In this document: positions 1 through 9,589 of the stretch, one piece after another
How the letters are laid out: every line of letters starts with the position of its first letter
Numbering within the stretch: the first letter of the stretch is position 1
The notes under the pieces: model-generated
Seen by the model: only the letters and a program-made list of their open reading frames with translations
Told to the model about the DNA's origin: nothing
The model's database searches: none
Position numbers and translations under genes: made by a program
Assembly (NCBI GenBank): GCA_041576165.1
Contig: JBFGLM010000037.1
Coordinates: forward strand, 1 to 47,116
From: Acidimicrobiia bacterium
GTDB lineage: Bacteria > Actinomycetota > Acidimicrobiia > Spongiisociales > Spongiisociaceae
Direction: 5' to 3'
Length of the DNA: 47,116 nucleotides

Positions 1-14
1 AGCGCGACCGCGTC

Positions 15-1649
15 GTGCCGCACACCAGGCCTCGTCCCAGGACCCGCGGCGGCAGGTTCGGCGGGTTCGCCGGTTCGGCCGCGCTGGTGTTCATTGCGCT
101 TGCGCTGGGCGCCACGCCGCTTCTCGCCCCACCCGCCGACCTGAGCGATGTCTCGATTGAGCGCGCGGTCGAACACGTCGGCGTGATCGCCTCCGAGCCG
201 CACCCCATGGGCACGGCGGCGAACGCCCGGGTCCGGGACTATCTCATTGCCACGCTCGCCGGCATGCAGCTCGAGCCCCGGGTACAGACGGTCGAGGTCC
301 CTGACTACTTCGGCGTCCCGGGCAACACGGTCGAGATCGCCAACGTGATGGCGCGCATTGGTGGGACTGTGAGCGACCGAGCGATCCTCCTGATGGCCCA
401 CTATGACTCTGTCGACACCACGCCGGGTGCGAACGACAACGCGGCCGCAGTCGCGGCGCTGCTCGAAGTCGGGAGGACCTTGGCTGCAGACCCGCCACCG
501 CAGGACGTCATCGTGTTGTTCACCGACGGCGAGGAGCCGAACCCCCGGTTTGGCGCCTCAGCGTTCAGGGACCACCCGTGGTTTGACGACGTAGGCCTCG
601 CCGTCAACTTCGAGGGCATCGGGCGTGCGGGGCCCAGCCTGCTGGTCGAGATCAATGGACCCGCCGGGGCGCTCGTAGATCGGCTCGTTCGTGCGGTCCA
701 AGACCCGGTCGCGTTCTCGTTTCTCACGCTGACCACGGACCTGATCGGAGGTGCCATCAGCGACTTCGACGTACTCCGCAGCACCGACATCCCCGGGTAC
801 AGCTTCGCATACGCCCGCGACTCCTCGATCTACCACACACACCTGGATGCCCCGGCCACGCTCAACGTCGAAGGTATGGCTCACCACGCGGCGCTGGCGA
901 GAGGGATTGCTCGCGACTTCGGAAGCCTCGCCCTCGAACCCGGTGACAGTGGCGCGGTGTTCTTCACCCTGCCGGGCCGCCTCGTTGTCCGCTACGGCGG
1001 AGAGTTGGCGTTTGGGAGTGCGCTGGTTGCGGTGGCGGCGATCGGATGGGTCCTGGCGAGGCGGATGAAGAGCGGGGAGACCTCGATCCGCCGGCTGACG
1101 ACGGGAACCGGGATGGCCTTCGCGGGCTTGATCGTGGTCGCAGTGGCTGGGGCCGGTTTGTGGCTCGCCATCGGGGCGGTTCGCCGGGGCATGGGCGTGG
1201 TGGAGAGCTACATCTGGCTCGTCGCCCTCGCTGCGGGAGCCACCGCGTGCTGGCACCTGCTGTGGCGTTGGTCCCGGCGGTCCGGCCCTGATCTCGCAGC
1301 CGGCGTCGCGGTCGTCTGGGCGACGTTGGCGGCGCTCACCGGTCTGCCGGCCCCGGCGCTGGGTTACCTGTTTGCGTGGCCCGCCATCACCGCCAGCGTG
1401 GCGCTTGCGGTCTTGTCCCTTTCTCGCCACCGCGTAGCCGAACTCGCCGCACTCGCAGTTGTCACTCTGCCTACGGCGATCGTGCTCGTTCCCGCCATCG
1501 ACACATACTTCCAGTTCGCGCTGCCGCGGCCCGGCAACCCGGATTCCGAGCTGCTCGCGGCCATCGCCGTTCCGTTGCTGCTCGTGATCCTTGCGGTCGG
1601 GCTGATTCAGGCCACGTGGGAATGGGCGGAGGCGGGCCGCGCCACGTGA
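15..1649 (+). CDS. M28-family metallopeptidase with C-terminal multi-TM domain (ERMP1/PFF1-like)
   Basis: Zn-ligand motifs AHYDS, GANDN, TDGEE, NFEG, YHT; hydrophobic N-terminal segment and about 7 C-terminal TM helices. Start is near the window edge and may lie upstream. Confidence 0.9.
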   Translation: MPHTRPRPRTRGGRFGGFAGSAALVFIALALGATPLLAPPADLSDVSIERAVEHVGVIASEPHPMGTAANARVRDYLIATLAGMQLEPRVQTVEVPDYFGVPGNTVEIANVMARIGGTVSDRAILLMAHYDSVDTTPGANDNAAAVAALLEVGRTLAADPPPQDVIVLFTDGEEPNPRFGASAFRDHPWFDDVGLAVNFEGIGRAGPSLLVEINGPAGALVDRLVRAVQDPVAFSFLTLTTDLIGGAISDFDVLRSTDIPGYSFAYARDSSIYHTHLDAPATLNVEGMAHHAALARGIARDFGSLALEPGDSGAVFFTLPGRLVVRYGGELAFGSALVAVAAIGWVLARRMKSGETSIRRLTTGTGMAFAGLIVVAVAGAGLWLAIGAVRRGMGVVESYIWLVALAAGATACWHLLWRWSRRSGPDLAAGVAVVWATLAALTGLPAPALGYLFAWPAITASVALAVLSLSRHRVAELAALAVVTLPTAIVLVPAIDTYFQFALPRPGNPDSELLAAIAVPLLLVILAVGLIQATWEWAEAGRAT

Positions 1650-1679
1650 CGGTGTCTGCGGGGACTTGGCCTCCATCGA

Positions 1680-2291
1680 TCAGGGGTCGGACGGTGCTTT
1701 GGCAGCGGCCCGCCGATCCGGCCGCGCCGCGTCACCCCGGCGGCTCACCGGGAGGTACGCATGGTTGCGGCCTATGAGCCGGTAGTAGATGGGCCCCTTC
1801 CAATCCCGGAGCATCTCCGCGTAGCTGCGCGTCTCGTTGCCGGCCGGAAGCGGAGCCGGGGGCCGCCCACGAAGGTATGAGTCGTAGACGTAGAAGACCC
1901 GACGAGCGTCGTCGTAGCCGTAGACGGTGAGGTAGTGGCCGAGAAGTAGTCTGGCCCACCACACATACCGCCCGCGCCGCAGGTGCCCGTTGCCAATCGC
2001 CACAACCACGGGATTGCCCGCGTCGACGTGGCTCTTGAGCACTCGGACTTTGAGGTCCCGATTGAGGCGGCCAGCGTGACGTACGGGTGCAGCCAGTCCA
2101 TGTGCTTCCATCAGCAGTCGCAGGTCTGTGAGTAGCGAATGGCCGAACAGCTTGACCCAGATCCGAGTCCGGCTCGGCGTCTGATACGCAACACCGAACG
2201 AGTCGATCACCGATCTGGCGTTCGCCTCGCCGCAGGTGAGACCGACCTGGCCCGGATATGACCGGGGAGCCCTCGCGATCGTCGCACTCAT
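1680..2291 (-). CDS. C39-like (papain-fold) cysteine peptidase
   Basis: GQVGLTCGEA (oxyanion Q + catalytic C), GHYLTVYGYD (His), YVYDS (Asp). ATG at 2291 chosen over the longer ORF start at 2360. Confidence 0.7.
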   Translation of the reverse strand: MSATIARAPRSYPGQVGLTCGEANARSVIDSFGVAYQTPSRTRIWVKLFGHSLLTDLRLLMEAHGLAAPVRHAGRLNRDLKVRVLKSHVDAGNPVVVAIGNGHLRRGRYVWWARLLLGHYLTVYGYDDARRVFYVYDSYLRGRPPAPLPAGNETRSYAEMLRDWKGPIYYRLIGRNHAYLPVSRRGDAARPDRRAAAKAPSDP

Positions 2292-2445
2292 CGGAACCTC
2301 CGAATATCGATGGTGGAGCAGCAGAACCGCATGCGACAGAGTCCAAGGTCTCGAACCCACCAGCGGACCGATGACCAGGTCTACGACTGCTCACCTCGAA
2401 CCGCGCTCCCGCTGTGATGCTCTCGGTCGCGGCCGACTCAGTGCT

Positions 2446-3357
2446 TCACCTCAGATCGACGACCTCGACCACCGTGTGTCTCCCGTCTTTGCCGGCGAGT
2501 TCCACTTTGGTCCGGCTGCCGTAGATGGCGGCGTCGCCCACCTGTGCGGCGGCGGCGTCGGATACGAGCAGCCGGGTGCCGGTCTGCTTGTTGGCCTCTT
2601 CGATCCGGCGAGCGACGTTGACCGTATCTCCCACCGCGGTCAGCACCGCGGCGTTGCCGAACGAGCCGATTCTGCCCACGATTGCCTCACCCCAGTGGAT
2701 CCCGATGTTCAGCTCGATGCTTCGGTCGTACAGTTTCTCGAACTGCGGCGTCCTCTGCGCCACCGCTTCCAGCATGCCCAAACCTGCCCGGACCGCATCA
2801 CGGGCTGCCGTCTCGGGGGACTCCAGTCCGAAGATCGCCATGACGCCGTCGCCCATGTAGGCGGTGATGTGTCCGCCGTATCTCGACACGATGTGGTGCA
2901 CGTCGGTGAAACACCGTCGGAGGATGTAGATGACGTCGTAGGGCAGCAACGCCTCAGCCAGCGGTGTGAAGCTGCGAATGTCGGCAAACATGACCGCAAT
3001 CGAGCGAAGATCCCCAACCGGGGTGGCCCGTTTGCGTCGCCGGGCGTCGGTGAACTGCACGTCAGTCGCATCAAGCACCAGCCGCCGGGCGGTGATGTCG
3101 CCGCGGAGTCTCAACTGGCAGGCCAGGCGCATCTCCTCGGTGAACCCGAGCTGCTGCGCGATCTCAACCTCTGCCTCGGTGCGGGGGGCACACCGCTCGA
3201 TTCCATCCAGCACCAGCACCCGACAGGTCGAGCATTTGCCCTCGCCCCCGCAGGCGTGGGCGTGAGGGATGTCGGCTCGGAGCGCGGCATCGAGGAGACG
3301 TTCTCTAGCTCTCACCTCGATCTGGAGGTCGTCGGGCAAGTAGTGGACCATCGCCAT
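2446..3357 (-). CDS. 2Fe-2S ferredoxin-class III adenylate/guanylate cyclase fusion
   Basis: CGGEGKCSTC...RLAC 2Fe-2S motif; cyclase motifs MFADIRSFT, YMGDGVMAIFG, GIHWG, AVGDTVNVARRIE. TACGAT lies 7 nt before the ATG at 3357 (leaderless). Confidence 0.92.
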   Translation of the reverse strand: MAMVHYLPDDLQIEVRARERLLDAALRADIPHAHACGGEGKCSTCRVLVLDGIERCAPRTEAEVEIAQQLGFTEEMRLACQLRLRGDITARRLVLDATDVQFTDARRRKRATPVGDLRSIAVMFADIRSFTPLAEALLPYDVIYILRRCFTDVHHIVSRYGGHITAYMGDGVMAIFGLESPETAARDAVRAGLGMLEAVAQRTPQFEKLYDRSIELNIGIHWGEAIVGRIGSFGNAAVLTAVGDTVNVARRIEEANKQTGTRLLVSDAAAAQVGDAAIYGSRTKVELAGKDGRHTVVEVVDLR

Positions 3358-3459
3358 GGCAGGCATCGTAAGGCGTACCGACACGAGCCATGTCCCCGGA
3401 CGAGATCAGGCGGGGAGGCATGCCGCGGTATGGCCCCGCCCACCGTTCAGCGGGCTCAA

Positions 3460-3618
3460 GAGGGTAAGGCGTGGGCGTGGCTGCGAAAGCACGACCAACC
3501 CGCTTGCTCGTCTGCCGACGCCACCAGCTTCCAGGTGATGCGCAACCAGCGCCTCAGAGAAGCACTGGCGTTCGACCAGGGCTTCTCAGCCGTGGGATTC
3601 CTCGAACTCCGGCCGTAA
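3460..3618 (+). pseudogene. vapC: C-terminal remnant of a VapC/PIN toxin
   Basis: Translates to AWAWLRKHDQPACSSADATSFQVMRNQRLREALAFDQGFSAVGF, matching the PIN C-terminus (S.xDATSF.vMr...ALAFD.dF...GF). No N-terminal half and no antitoxin. Confidence 0.7.
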
Positions 3619-3767
3619 CCGATCCTCAACGTTCCTGATAACGGACACGCGGGAGCCCGGAGTGTTCCTGTAGCCGACTCGGGTCGGACCATCGAGAAGG
3701 TGTCAATGCGACTTTTACACTTTCGAGGCGTGAGCTGAGGTGGCGCGCGTTGCTACCGGCCGGAGGG

Positions 3768-4526
3768 TCAGGGTGTGAGTCCGAACCACTCGCCGAGGCG
3801 ATCTGCCCATTCGTTGGCCTGGACCGGTTCTTCGGTCCAGACGCCGTCGCGGCGGAACTTGATTCTGTCCTCGAGAAGTGTCACACGATCCGGTCCGCCG
3901 GCGAGTAGACGGGTGGCGAACCGGCTGGTGGTCCATTTCAGGCCGGGTTCATTCTGCAGGTAGCTGGAGGCACCCCGGAAATCAGCAGCGGAGCGTGGCG
4001 TCCGGTCGAAGCGATAGTGCTCCATGCTGCTGCCGTCGCGCTCGACGCTGATCAGCGTGACGTGGCCTCCGTCGAGCACGAGCCGGTACATCCCGTCGCC
4101 GCCATCGTGGGGGCCCTCCGAATCCAGCGGGAGGGGCCGAATGAACGAGTCGCCGAACCCGACATCCACCAGGTATGGGCGATCCAACGTGACCTCGATC
4201 GTGGCATGCGTGGGCATGGGAGCCTTCCCGCCGTAGAGCACGGTGGCGGCGAGGCGCTTCACCTCGTAGCCCAGCGCTTCGAGCAAGGTGGCGAACGCTC
4301 CGTTCAACTCGAAGCACCAACCTCCCCGACCCTGGTCCACGATCTTGTCGACGGTCCACCTGCGATCGGTAGTGACACCGCGCCGGTAGTACACGTGCAG
4401 GTTCTCGAAAGGAACGTGGGTCAAGTGGGCGCGTTGTAAACGTTCCAGATCCTCGAGCGTGGTCTGGATAGGCCCGTCTAGCCCGATTCGCTCCAGGTAC
4501 CGGTCGACCGGATCGGGACTGCGCAT
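3768..4526 (-). CDS. nat: arylamine N-acetyltransferase
   Basis: YLERIG, HLTHVPFENL, GRGGWCFELN (catalytic Cys), THA (His), LVDVGFG (Asp). Confidence 0.92.
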   Translation of the reverse strand: MRSPDPVDRYLERIGLDGPIQTTLEDLERLQRAHLTHVPFENLHVYYRRGVTTDRRWTVDKIVDQGRGGWCFELNGAFATLLEALGYEVKRLAATVLYGGKAPMPTHATIEVTLDRPYLVDVGFGDSFIRPLPLDSEGPHDGGDGMYRLVLDGGHVTLISVERDGSSMEHYRFDRTPRSAADFRGASSYLQNEPGLKWTTSRFATRLLAGGPDRVTLLEDRIKFRRDGVWTEEPVQANEWADRLGEWFGLTP

Positions 4527-4878
4527 GTCCCTCACACAGTAGATCGGCACCGACCGTGGTGGACGCGCCCAGCCCACCAGCCGGCGCTGCCCTCGGTCTC
4601 CTGTGCTGCATTCCGCTCGCCAAACCGGTGTGGAGAGTGACGCTGGGGCGCGCAGAGTCCTTCGGCTCTAGGCGAAGGGATCGGCCCCGCCTAGCTTGGG
4701 AGCATGGTTTGGGGGAGGGTATTTTCGTGCGGGATGTCGATGGGTGTTCGCTTCTGGACGCCGCAACCATTCGCGACTCCTTGCTCTCAGCTGCTGGCCC
4801 GATGGCGGCTGGTATGAGCGGCGCGCCGCGGCGCCTGCGGGTTCGTCCCCTCCCGCGGTTCGTTAGGGAGGAGTTCGC

Positions 4879-7563
4879 ATGCGTTCCTTGTCTGGAATTG
4901 TGCTGGCGGTATTGCTGGTTGCGTTGACCGCGGTGGGGTCGCCGGTGGCGGCTCAGGTCGATCCCGGCGACATTGACGTCGCTCCGATCGTGGTACAGGT
5001 GTGTTGCGCCAACGAGTTTGGTGGCAACACGCTCATCTGGGGTCAGTCGTGGGAGGTGGGCGATGAGATCGACCTCTTCATCAACGACGAATACGTGGGG
5101 ACGTCCATTGCCGAACCGAACGATGTCGGGAGTGGTTCGCCGCGTTTTGATGTGAACTCGTTGGGGGTCGACGAGCTGTCACCGGACGATGAGGTCACGT
5201 TCGTGCGTTCGGCTGACGGTCGCACCGAGATCCACGTCGTGACGAGCCTCAACGTGTCTCGCATGGACGTGGTCACCGACACGGTCACCGGCAGCAGCCA
5301 GCCGGGCTCGGAGGTGGTGGTGTTCATCCCGAACACAACCGCCTTCCGCTCCGAAACGGCCGATGCCGAGGGTGACTGGATCGCCGACTTCTCGCTGCCC
5401 GGCGACCAGCCGGGCGAAGTGGCCCTGTTCGACATCGAAGGTCTGACGGAGGTCGCCGCGGCTCAGTTCGACGCCGATGGCAACGCCACGCTCTGGCTGA
5501 CTACGCCGGGAGCGTACGCGCCGATCATCGCAGGTGTGGATGGCGCCCACCTGCTCGGTGCCACCGGCCCCCAGGTCGTCAGCGGTCAGTCGTGGGGGAT
5601 TGGCGAGGAGGTCGAGCTCTTCCTCAACGGTGAGTATGTGGCGACCTCGATCGCCGAGCAGAACGGCGAAGGCAGCGCGACCCCGTGGTTTGACCTGAGC
5701 GCTCTGGGCGTCGCCATCGTGGCCGGCGACGAGGTCGCATTGACGCTGCCCGATGCCAGCCGCATCGAGACCCACACGGTCACCGTTCTGTCGGTGACCA
5801 TGATCGACGTCGAAGCCGACACCGTTGGCGGTGAAGCTGCACCCGGCTCCCAGGTGATCGTTGGAGCGGACGTGACCGGGGAGTTCGCGGGGCGCATCGA
5901 GACGGCAAACGGCGCAGGCGAGTGGTTGGCCGACTTCTCCCAGCCCGGCGACGAACCATTCGAAGCGGCCACCGCGGATCTTGGGCCCACAACCCTCGGT
6001 ATCGCCGCGCAGTTCGACGACTCCGGGAACCAAACAGCCGCGCTCTGGAAGCTCGAGGCTCTAGCGGTCTCGATCGACATCAAACCGGGAAGTTTCCCCA
6101 ACAGCTTGAACATCGACGGGCATGGGGTGATCCCCGTGGCGGTGCTGGGTAGCGAGAACTTCGACGTGACACAGATCGATACGGCGACGCTTGACTTCGC
6201 CGGACTCGAGGTGAACACCGACAAGAAGGGCAAGGTCCGGTGCTCGCTCGAGGACGCGAGCGGCGACTTCACGTCTCCGGAGGGAGCGCCGGACGGCTAT
6301 TTGGATCTGGTGTGCCAGTTCATCGACGAGCCCGTGAAGTGGAATACCGAAGACGGGACGGCGACGCTCACGGGTCGGCTGTTGCCCGAGTTCGGCGGTC
6401 TGGTGTTCGCTGGAAGCGACGTGTACCGGCTCGTGCCCGAGGCGAGGTGCACGGACCCGCTGGGGTGCGCCGAGTACGGCCCTGGAGACCCGATCGTGAT
6501 CGGGGCAGCGTTGGCCTTGTCCGGCGGGTTGGCGGACCTGGGCACTGGGGAGCTGCAAGGGACGCAGCTGGCGGTGCTGCAACGGGGTGACCTGTTCGGC
6601 AGGCCCCTGGCGGTCGCAGCCGAGGATGCCCAGTGCGGCCCGGATGGCGGCGCCGCGGCCGCAACGGCGCTGGTGGGTGACCCGGCGGTCGTCTCGGTCG
6701 TGGGCACCACCTGTTCAGGCAGCGCCTTTCAAGCAGCGCCGATCATCACTGCGGCCGGCTACTCGATGGTGTCGCCTTCCAACACCGCTCCTGGCCTCAC
6801 CGATCCCGGCACCCACGAGGCGGGCTATCTCCGAGTTGCCTACAACGACCTGATACAGGCCCAGGCGATGGGCGAATTCGCCCGGGCCCAACTCGACGCG
6901 TCAACGGCTGCGATCATCCGCCAAGACGACCCGTATGGGCAAGCTCTCTCCGGCCAATTCGCAGAGACATTCACGGGTCTCGGCGGAGTCGTCCTCGCCG
7001 AGGAGGTGCTCGACACAGGTAATCCCAACGTCGAGACAGCGGTCGCCGACGTCATCGCCGCCGGCTCCCCGGACCTGATCTATCTGCTGGCCTTTGAACC
7101 CGAGGGAAGTCAGGTCGTGATCGCAATCCGCAACCAGCCGGACCTCGACGCCAGCCTCATCGCCAGCAGCGATGCGGTGATCTCGGTGGGATTCCTCACT
7201 GGGGCTGGGACAGCGGCAGAAGGCGTCTACGCCACGGCCGTGGCGCCGCCGAGCGGCCCCGCCTACGACAGCTTCGCCGCTGCCTACGAAAGCGAGTTCG
7301 GGGAACCGCCCGCATCCGTCTTCGATGCCTACGCGTTCGACGCCACCAACATGATCCTCGACGCGGTCGCCGACGTTGGCTCCGAGCACGGCCGCACGTT
7401 GATCGTAGGTCGTCAACAGCTCCGGGACACCTTGTTCGCCACCAGTGCACTCCAAGGAGTGACCGGAGCCATCACGTGCAGCCCCTACGGTGACTGCGCG
7501 GCGCCGCAAGCCGTTCAACTGTGGCAGGTCACAAACGGCGCATTCGAATACGTCCTGGGTTAA
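4879..7563 (+). CDS. secreted multidomain protein: two tandem acidic beta-rich repeats + IDIKPG domain + branched-chain amino-acid (LivJ-like) solute-binding domain
   Basis: Signal peptide and GGAGGAG RBS; internal repeats at about 4981-5495 and 5518-6048 (GQSW...LF.N.EYV.TSIAE...W.ADFS.PGD.P...AAQFD..GN.T); VSIDIKPGSFPNS...DGYLDL domain; C-terminal CTDPLGC...VVGTTCSG...SPSNTAP...YAFDA...GVTGAITC type I SBP. Confidence 0.85.
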   Translation: MRSLSGIVLAVLLVALTAVGSPVAAQVDPGDIDVAPIVVQVCCANEFGGNTLIWGQSWEVGDEIDLFINDEYVGTSIAEPNDVGSGSPRFDVNSLGVDELSPDDEVTFVRSADGRTEIHVVTSLNVSRMDVVTDTVTGSSQPGSEVVVFIPNTTAFRSETADAEGDWIADFSLPGDQPGEVALFDIEGLTEVAAAQFDADGNATLWLTTPGAYAPIIAGVDGAHLLGATGPQVVSGQSWGIGEEVELFLNGEYVATSIAEQNGEGSATPWFDLSALGVAIVAGDEVALTLPDASRIETHTVTVLSVTMIDVEADTVGGEAAPGSQVIVGADVTGEFAGRIETANGAGEWLADFSQPGDEPFEAATADLGPTTLGIAAQFDDSGNQTAALWKLEALAVSIDIKPGSFPNSLNIDGHGVIPVAVLGSENFDVTQIDTATLDFAGLEVNTDKKGKVRCSLEDASGDFTSPEGAPDGYLDLVCQFIDEPVKWNTEDGTATLTGRLLPEFGGLVFAGSDVYRLVPEARCTDPLGCAEYGPGDPIVIGAALALSGGLADLGTGELQGTQLAVLQRGDLFGRPLAVAAEDAQCGPDGGAAAATALVGDPAVVSVVGTTCSGSAFQAAPIITAAGYSMVSPSNTAPGLTDPGTHEAGYLRVAYNDLIQAQAMGEFARAQLDASTAAIIRQDDPYGQALSGQFAETFTGLGGVVLAEEVLDTGNPNVETAVADVIAAGSPDLIYLLAFEPEGSQVVIAIRNQPDLDASLIASSDAVISVGFLTGAGTAAEGVYATAVAPPSGPAYDSFAAAYESEFGEPPASVFDAYAFDATNMILDAVADVGSEHGRTLIVGRQQLRDTLFATSALQGVTGAITCSPYGDCAAPQAVQLWQVTNGAFEYVLG

Positions 7564-7689
7564 GCGCCCCGCACCAGCACCGCCCTCGCCGACCCGTCGG
7601 TGGGGCGCGAGGGGGCGCCCGACGCACGATGCGGGGGTGTGATGCGCGTGGTGTCACCGCTCCGGTGTTGCTGTTCGTCCGTTTCTGTG

Positions 7690-8355
7690 ATGAGTCGAAC
7701 AACAGCTCTCTGGTTTTGGGTCGCGGGTGCGTTGACGTTGTTCACATGGGTCCTTTTCACGATCAATGACCCCGTCTACTACGACGTTGCGACGCTGACC
7801 GACTACGCGGCGGTGCTTGGACTGACCGGATCGTTCCTGGTCACCGGCTTCGCGCTGATCTTGTTGTGGAGAGACCCGCCGGTGAAACGCGGCTCTCGGT
7901 TCCTCCTCCTCGCAGGCATCGGGGCGCTCGCAGTAGGCGTGGGCGATCTCCTCGAGGACGCCTTCAACGTCGAAGATGCCGTCTGGTTGTTCTTCGGCGG
8001 GGGGATCCTGTTGATGGTGAGCCTGATCGTTGCCGGAGTGGCTGCCCTCACTGTCCGCTCTCCGCGGCGCTGGAGTGGCCTCTTCCTGCTTTTCGCCGTA
8101 CCCGGCGGGATGCTCGGCTTCGGGATGGCGATGCTGGGAGTGTCGTGCATCCTGTTGGGTCTCTGGATCGTGTACGAACACCGTGCTTTCGTGATTGCTC
8201 TCGCGGTCGCTGCAGTACCAGCACTGACCATCGCCATCGACCTGTACAGCGCTGATGTTGTTGGCTGGAGCGTATATCAGCGGCCCGGCGACAACCGGCC
8301 GTTGGGTGGCGGCGTGGTCATGACTCCTACGCTCGCACTACCACCATCACGATGA
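7690..8355 (+). CDS. hypothetical multi-pass membrane protein
   Basis: About 6 hydrophobic helices with coding-like GC3; start uncertain (ORF open from 7600). Confidence 0.7.
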   Translation: MSRTTALWFWVAGALTLFTWVLFTINDPVYYDVATLTDYAAVLGLTGSFLVTGFALILLWRDPPVKRGSRFLLLAGIGALAVGVGDLLEDAFNVEDAVWLFFGGGILLMVSLIVAGVAALTVRSPRRWSGLFLLFAVPGGMLGFGMAMLGVSCILLGLWIVYEHRAFVIALAVAAVPALTIAIDLYSADVVGWSVYQRPGDNRPLGGGVVMTPTLALPPSR

Positions 8356-8407
8356 CGGATCCAACCCCGAACTCGCCACGCCCGCGTGTGGCCCGGTCCT
8401 GGCGCTG

Positions 8408-9505
8408 ATGTCGCTTCGCAATGCTTCCGTGGCGGTCGCATGTGAGGATCCGCGAATAGTGAGGGTGGGGAGAGCCATATGGCCATTGCTCGGCGTGGCA
8501 GCGGTGGCTCTCACCCTGGTCAACTTCGTCCTTGGTGGCGACGTCTGGAGCTTGTCGTTCCTCGGGTTTGGGGTGGTCGGCACTTTCGTTGCCTGGAGAG
8601 TCCCAGGTCATCCAACGGGTCGTCTCATGATTGGCCTCTCGGTCGTTACGGCGCTGGCAGAATCCGAGGCACTTGACCAGGCGGCTGCCGCCACCAGGGG
8701 GGTTGGAGCTGCCATGCCCCTTCTCATGGGTTTGTTTCTTCTGACCTTTCCCAGCGGCCGATTCGTGTGGAGCCGGTGGCGGCAGATCGCCCTTTTGGCT
8801 CTTGGAGTGACTGCTACTGGCTTCGTCGTCGCGGCGAGAGTAGGTGACGAAGGTCCGTTTGTGGTCGTCCCTCTCATGGTTTTTCTGGGTGGCGCAGTGG
8901 TTGATCTGATCCTTCGCTATCGACGTGAGAGCGGCGTTGAAAAGGCGCAGATGAAGCTCGTGGTCGTCGCCACAGTCGCATCAGTCTCCGTCTTGGTCCT
9001 GCCCGTTCTCTTCGGCATCCCTGACGTCTTGTACGACATCTCGGTGGTCACCGCGTTCACGCTCATCCCGGCTGCGGTCGGTGGAGCCATCCTCAAATAC
9101 CGACTCTATGACATCGATCGTCTCTTCTCCCGCACTGTCGCGTACACCATCATCGTCACGCTGCTCGCGATGGCGTACACCGGAACCGTCTCCGTCACCA
9201 CGTCGCTCATGCCAACCCAGAGTTCGCTGGTCGTCGCCGCCTCGACCCTGGCTGTTGCCGCGATCTTCAACCCGATGCGGAAGCGAGTTCAGCGAATCGT
9301 CGACCGCCGCTTCAACAGATCCAGCTACCAGGCGCAGTTCATCTCTGAAGAATTCTCATTGAGGCTCCGGGAACCGCTCACCCTTGAAGGACTAAGCCAG
9401 GCTTGGGCCCAGACAGTCGACCAGACCCTCCAGCCCGGCACCAGTAGCGTCTGGATCAACTCGAGGTCCACCGCAGCCAGGCAGTCCTGGACACGGCCGA
9501 TATGA
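8408..9505 (+). CDS. membrane protein resembling the N-terminal sensor region of actinobacterial histidine kinases, without a kinase domain
   Basis: Motifs LLTFPSGR...RWR, AQMKLV, ILKYRLYDIDRLFSRT, FNPMRKRVQRIVDRRFNR, TLQP...WI. No HisKA/HATPase region follows. True start may be GTG about 8459-8465. Confidence 0.75.
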   Translation: MSLRNASVAVACEDPRIVRVGRAIWPLLGVAAVALTLVNFVLGGDVWSLSFLGFGVVGTFVAWRVPGHPTGRLMIGLSVVTALAESEALDQAAAATRGVGAAMPLLMGLFLLTFPSGRFVWSRWRQIALLALGVTATGFVVAARVGDEGPFVVVPLMVFLGGAVVDLILRYRRESGVEKAQMKLVVVATVASVSVLVLPVLFGIPDVLYDISVVTAFTLIPAAVGGAILKYRLYDIDRLFSRTVAYTIIVTLLAMAYTGTVSVTTSLMPTQSSLVVAASTLAVAAIFNPMRKRVQRIVDRRFNRSSYQAQFISEEFSLRLREPLTLEGLSQAWAQTVDQTLQPGTSSVWINSRSTAARQSWTRPI

Positions 9506-9589
9506 TCCCAGACGCTTTCGACGGTTCCCGCTGAACCCTGAGCCTCACGGACCTGGTTCACGGGATTTGAGCGGGTTGATCCGCCGGAG

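Noticed and set aside
558-1676. Long antisense or alternative-frame ORFs (also 10859-11977, 16275-17369, 21504-22718, 22743-23894, 27233-28363, 39296-40276)
   Set aside because: They overlap well-supported genes and have no motifs; typical high-GC shadow ORFs.
2236-3618. 460-aa plus-strand ORF
   Set aside because: Antisense shadow of the cyclase gene; only its last ~50 codons are a real VapC remnant.
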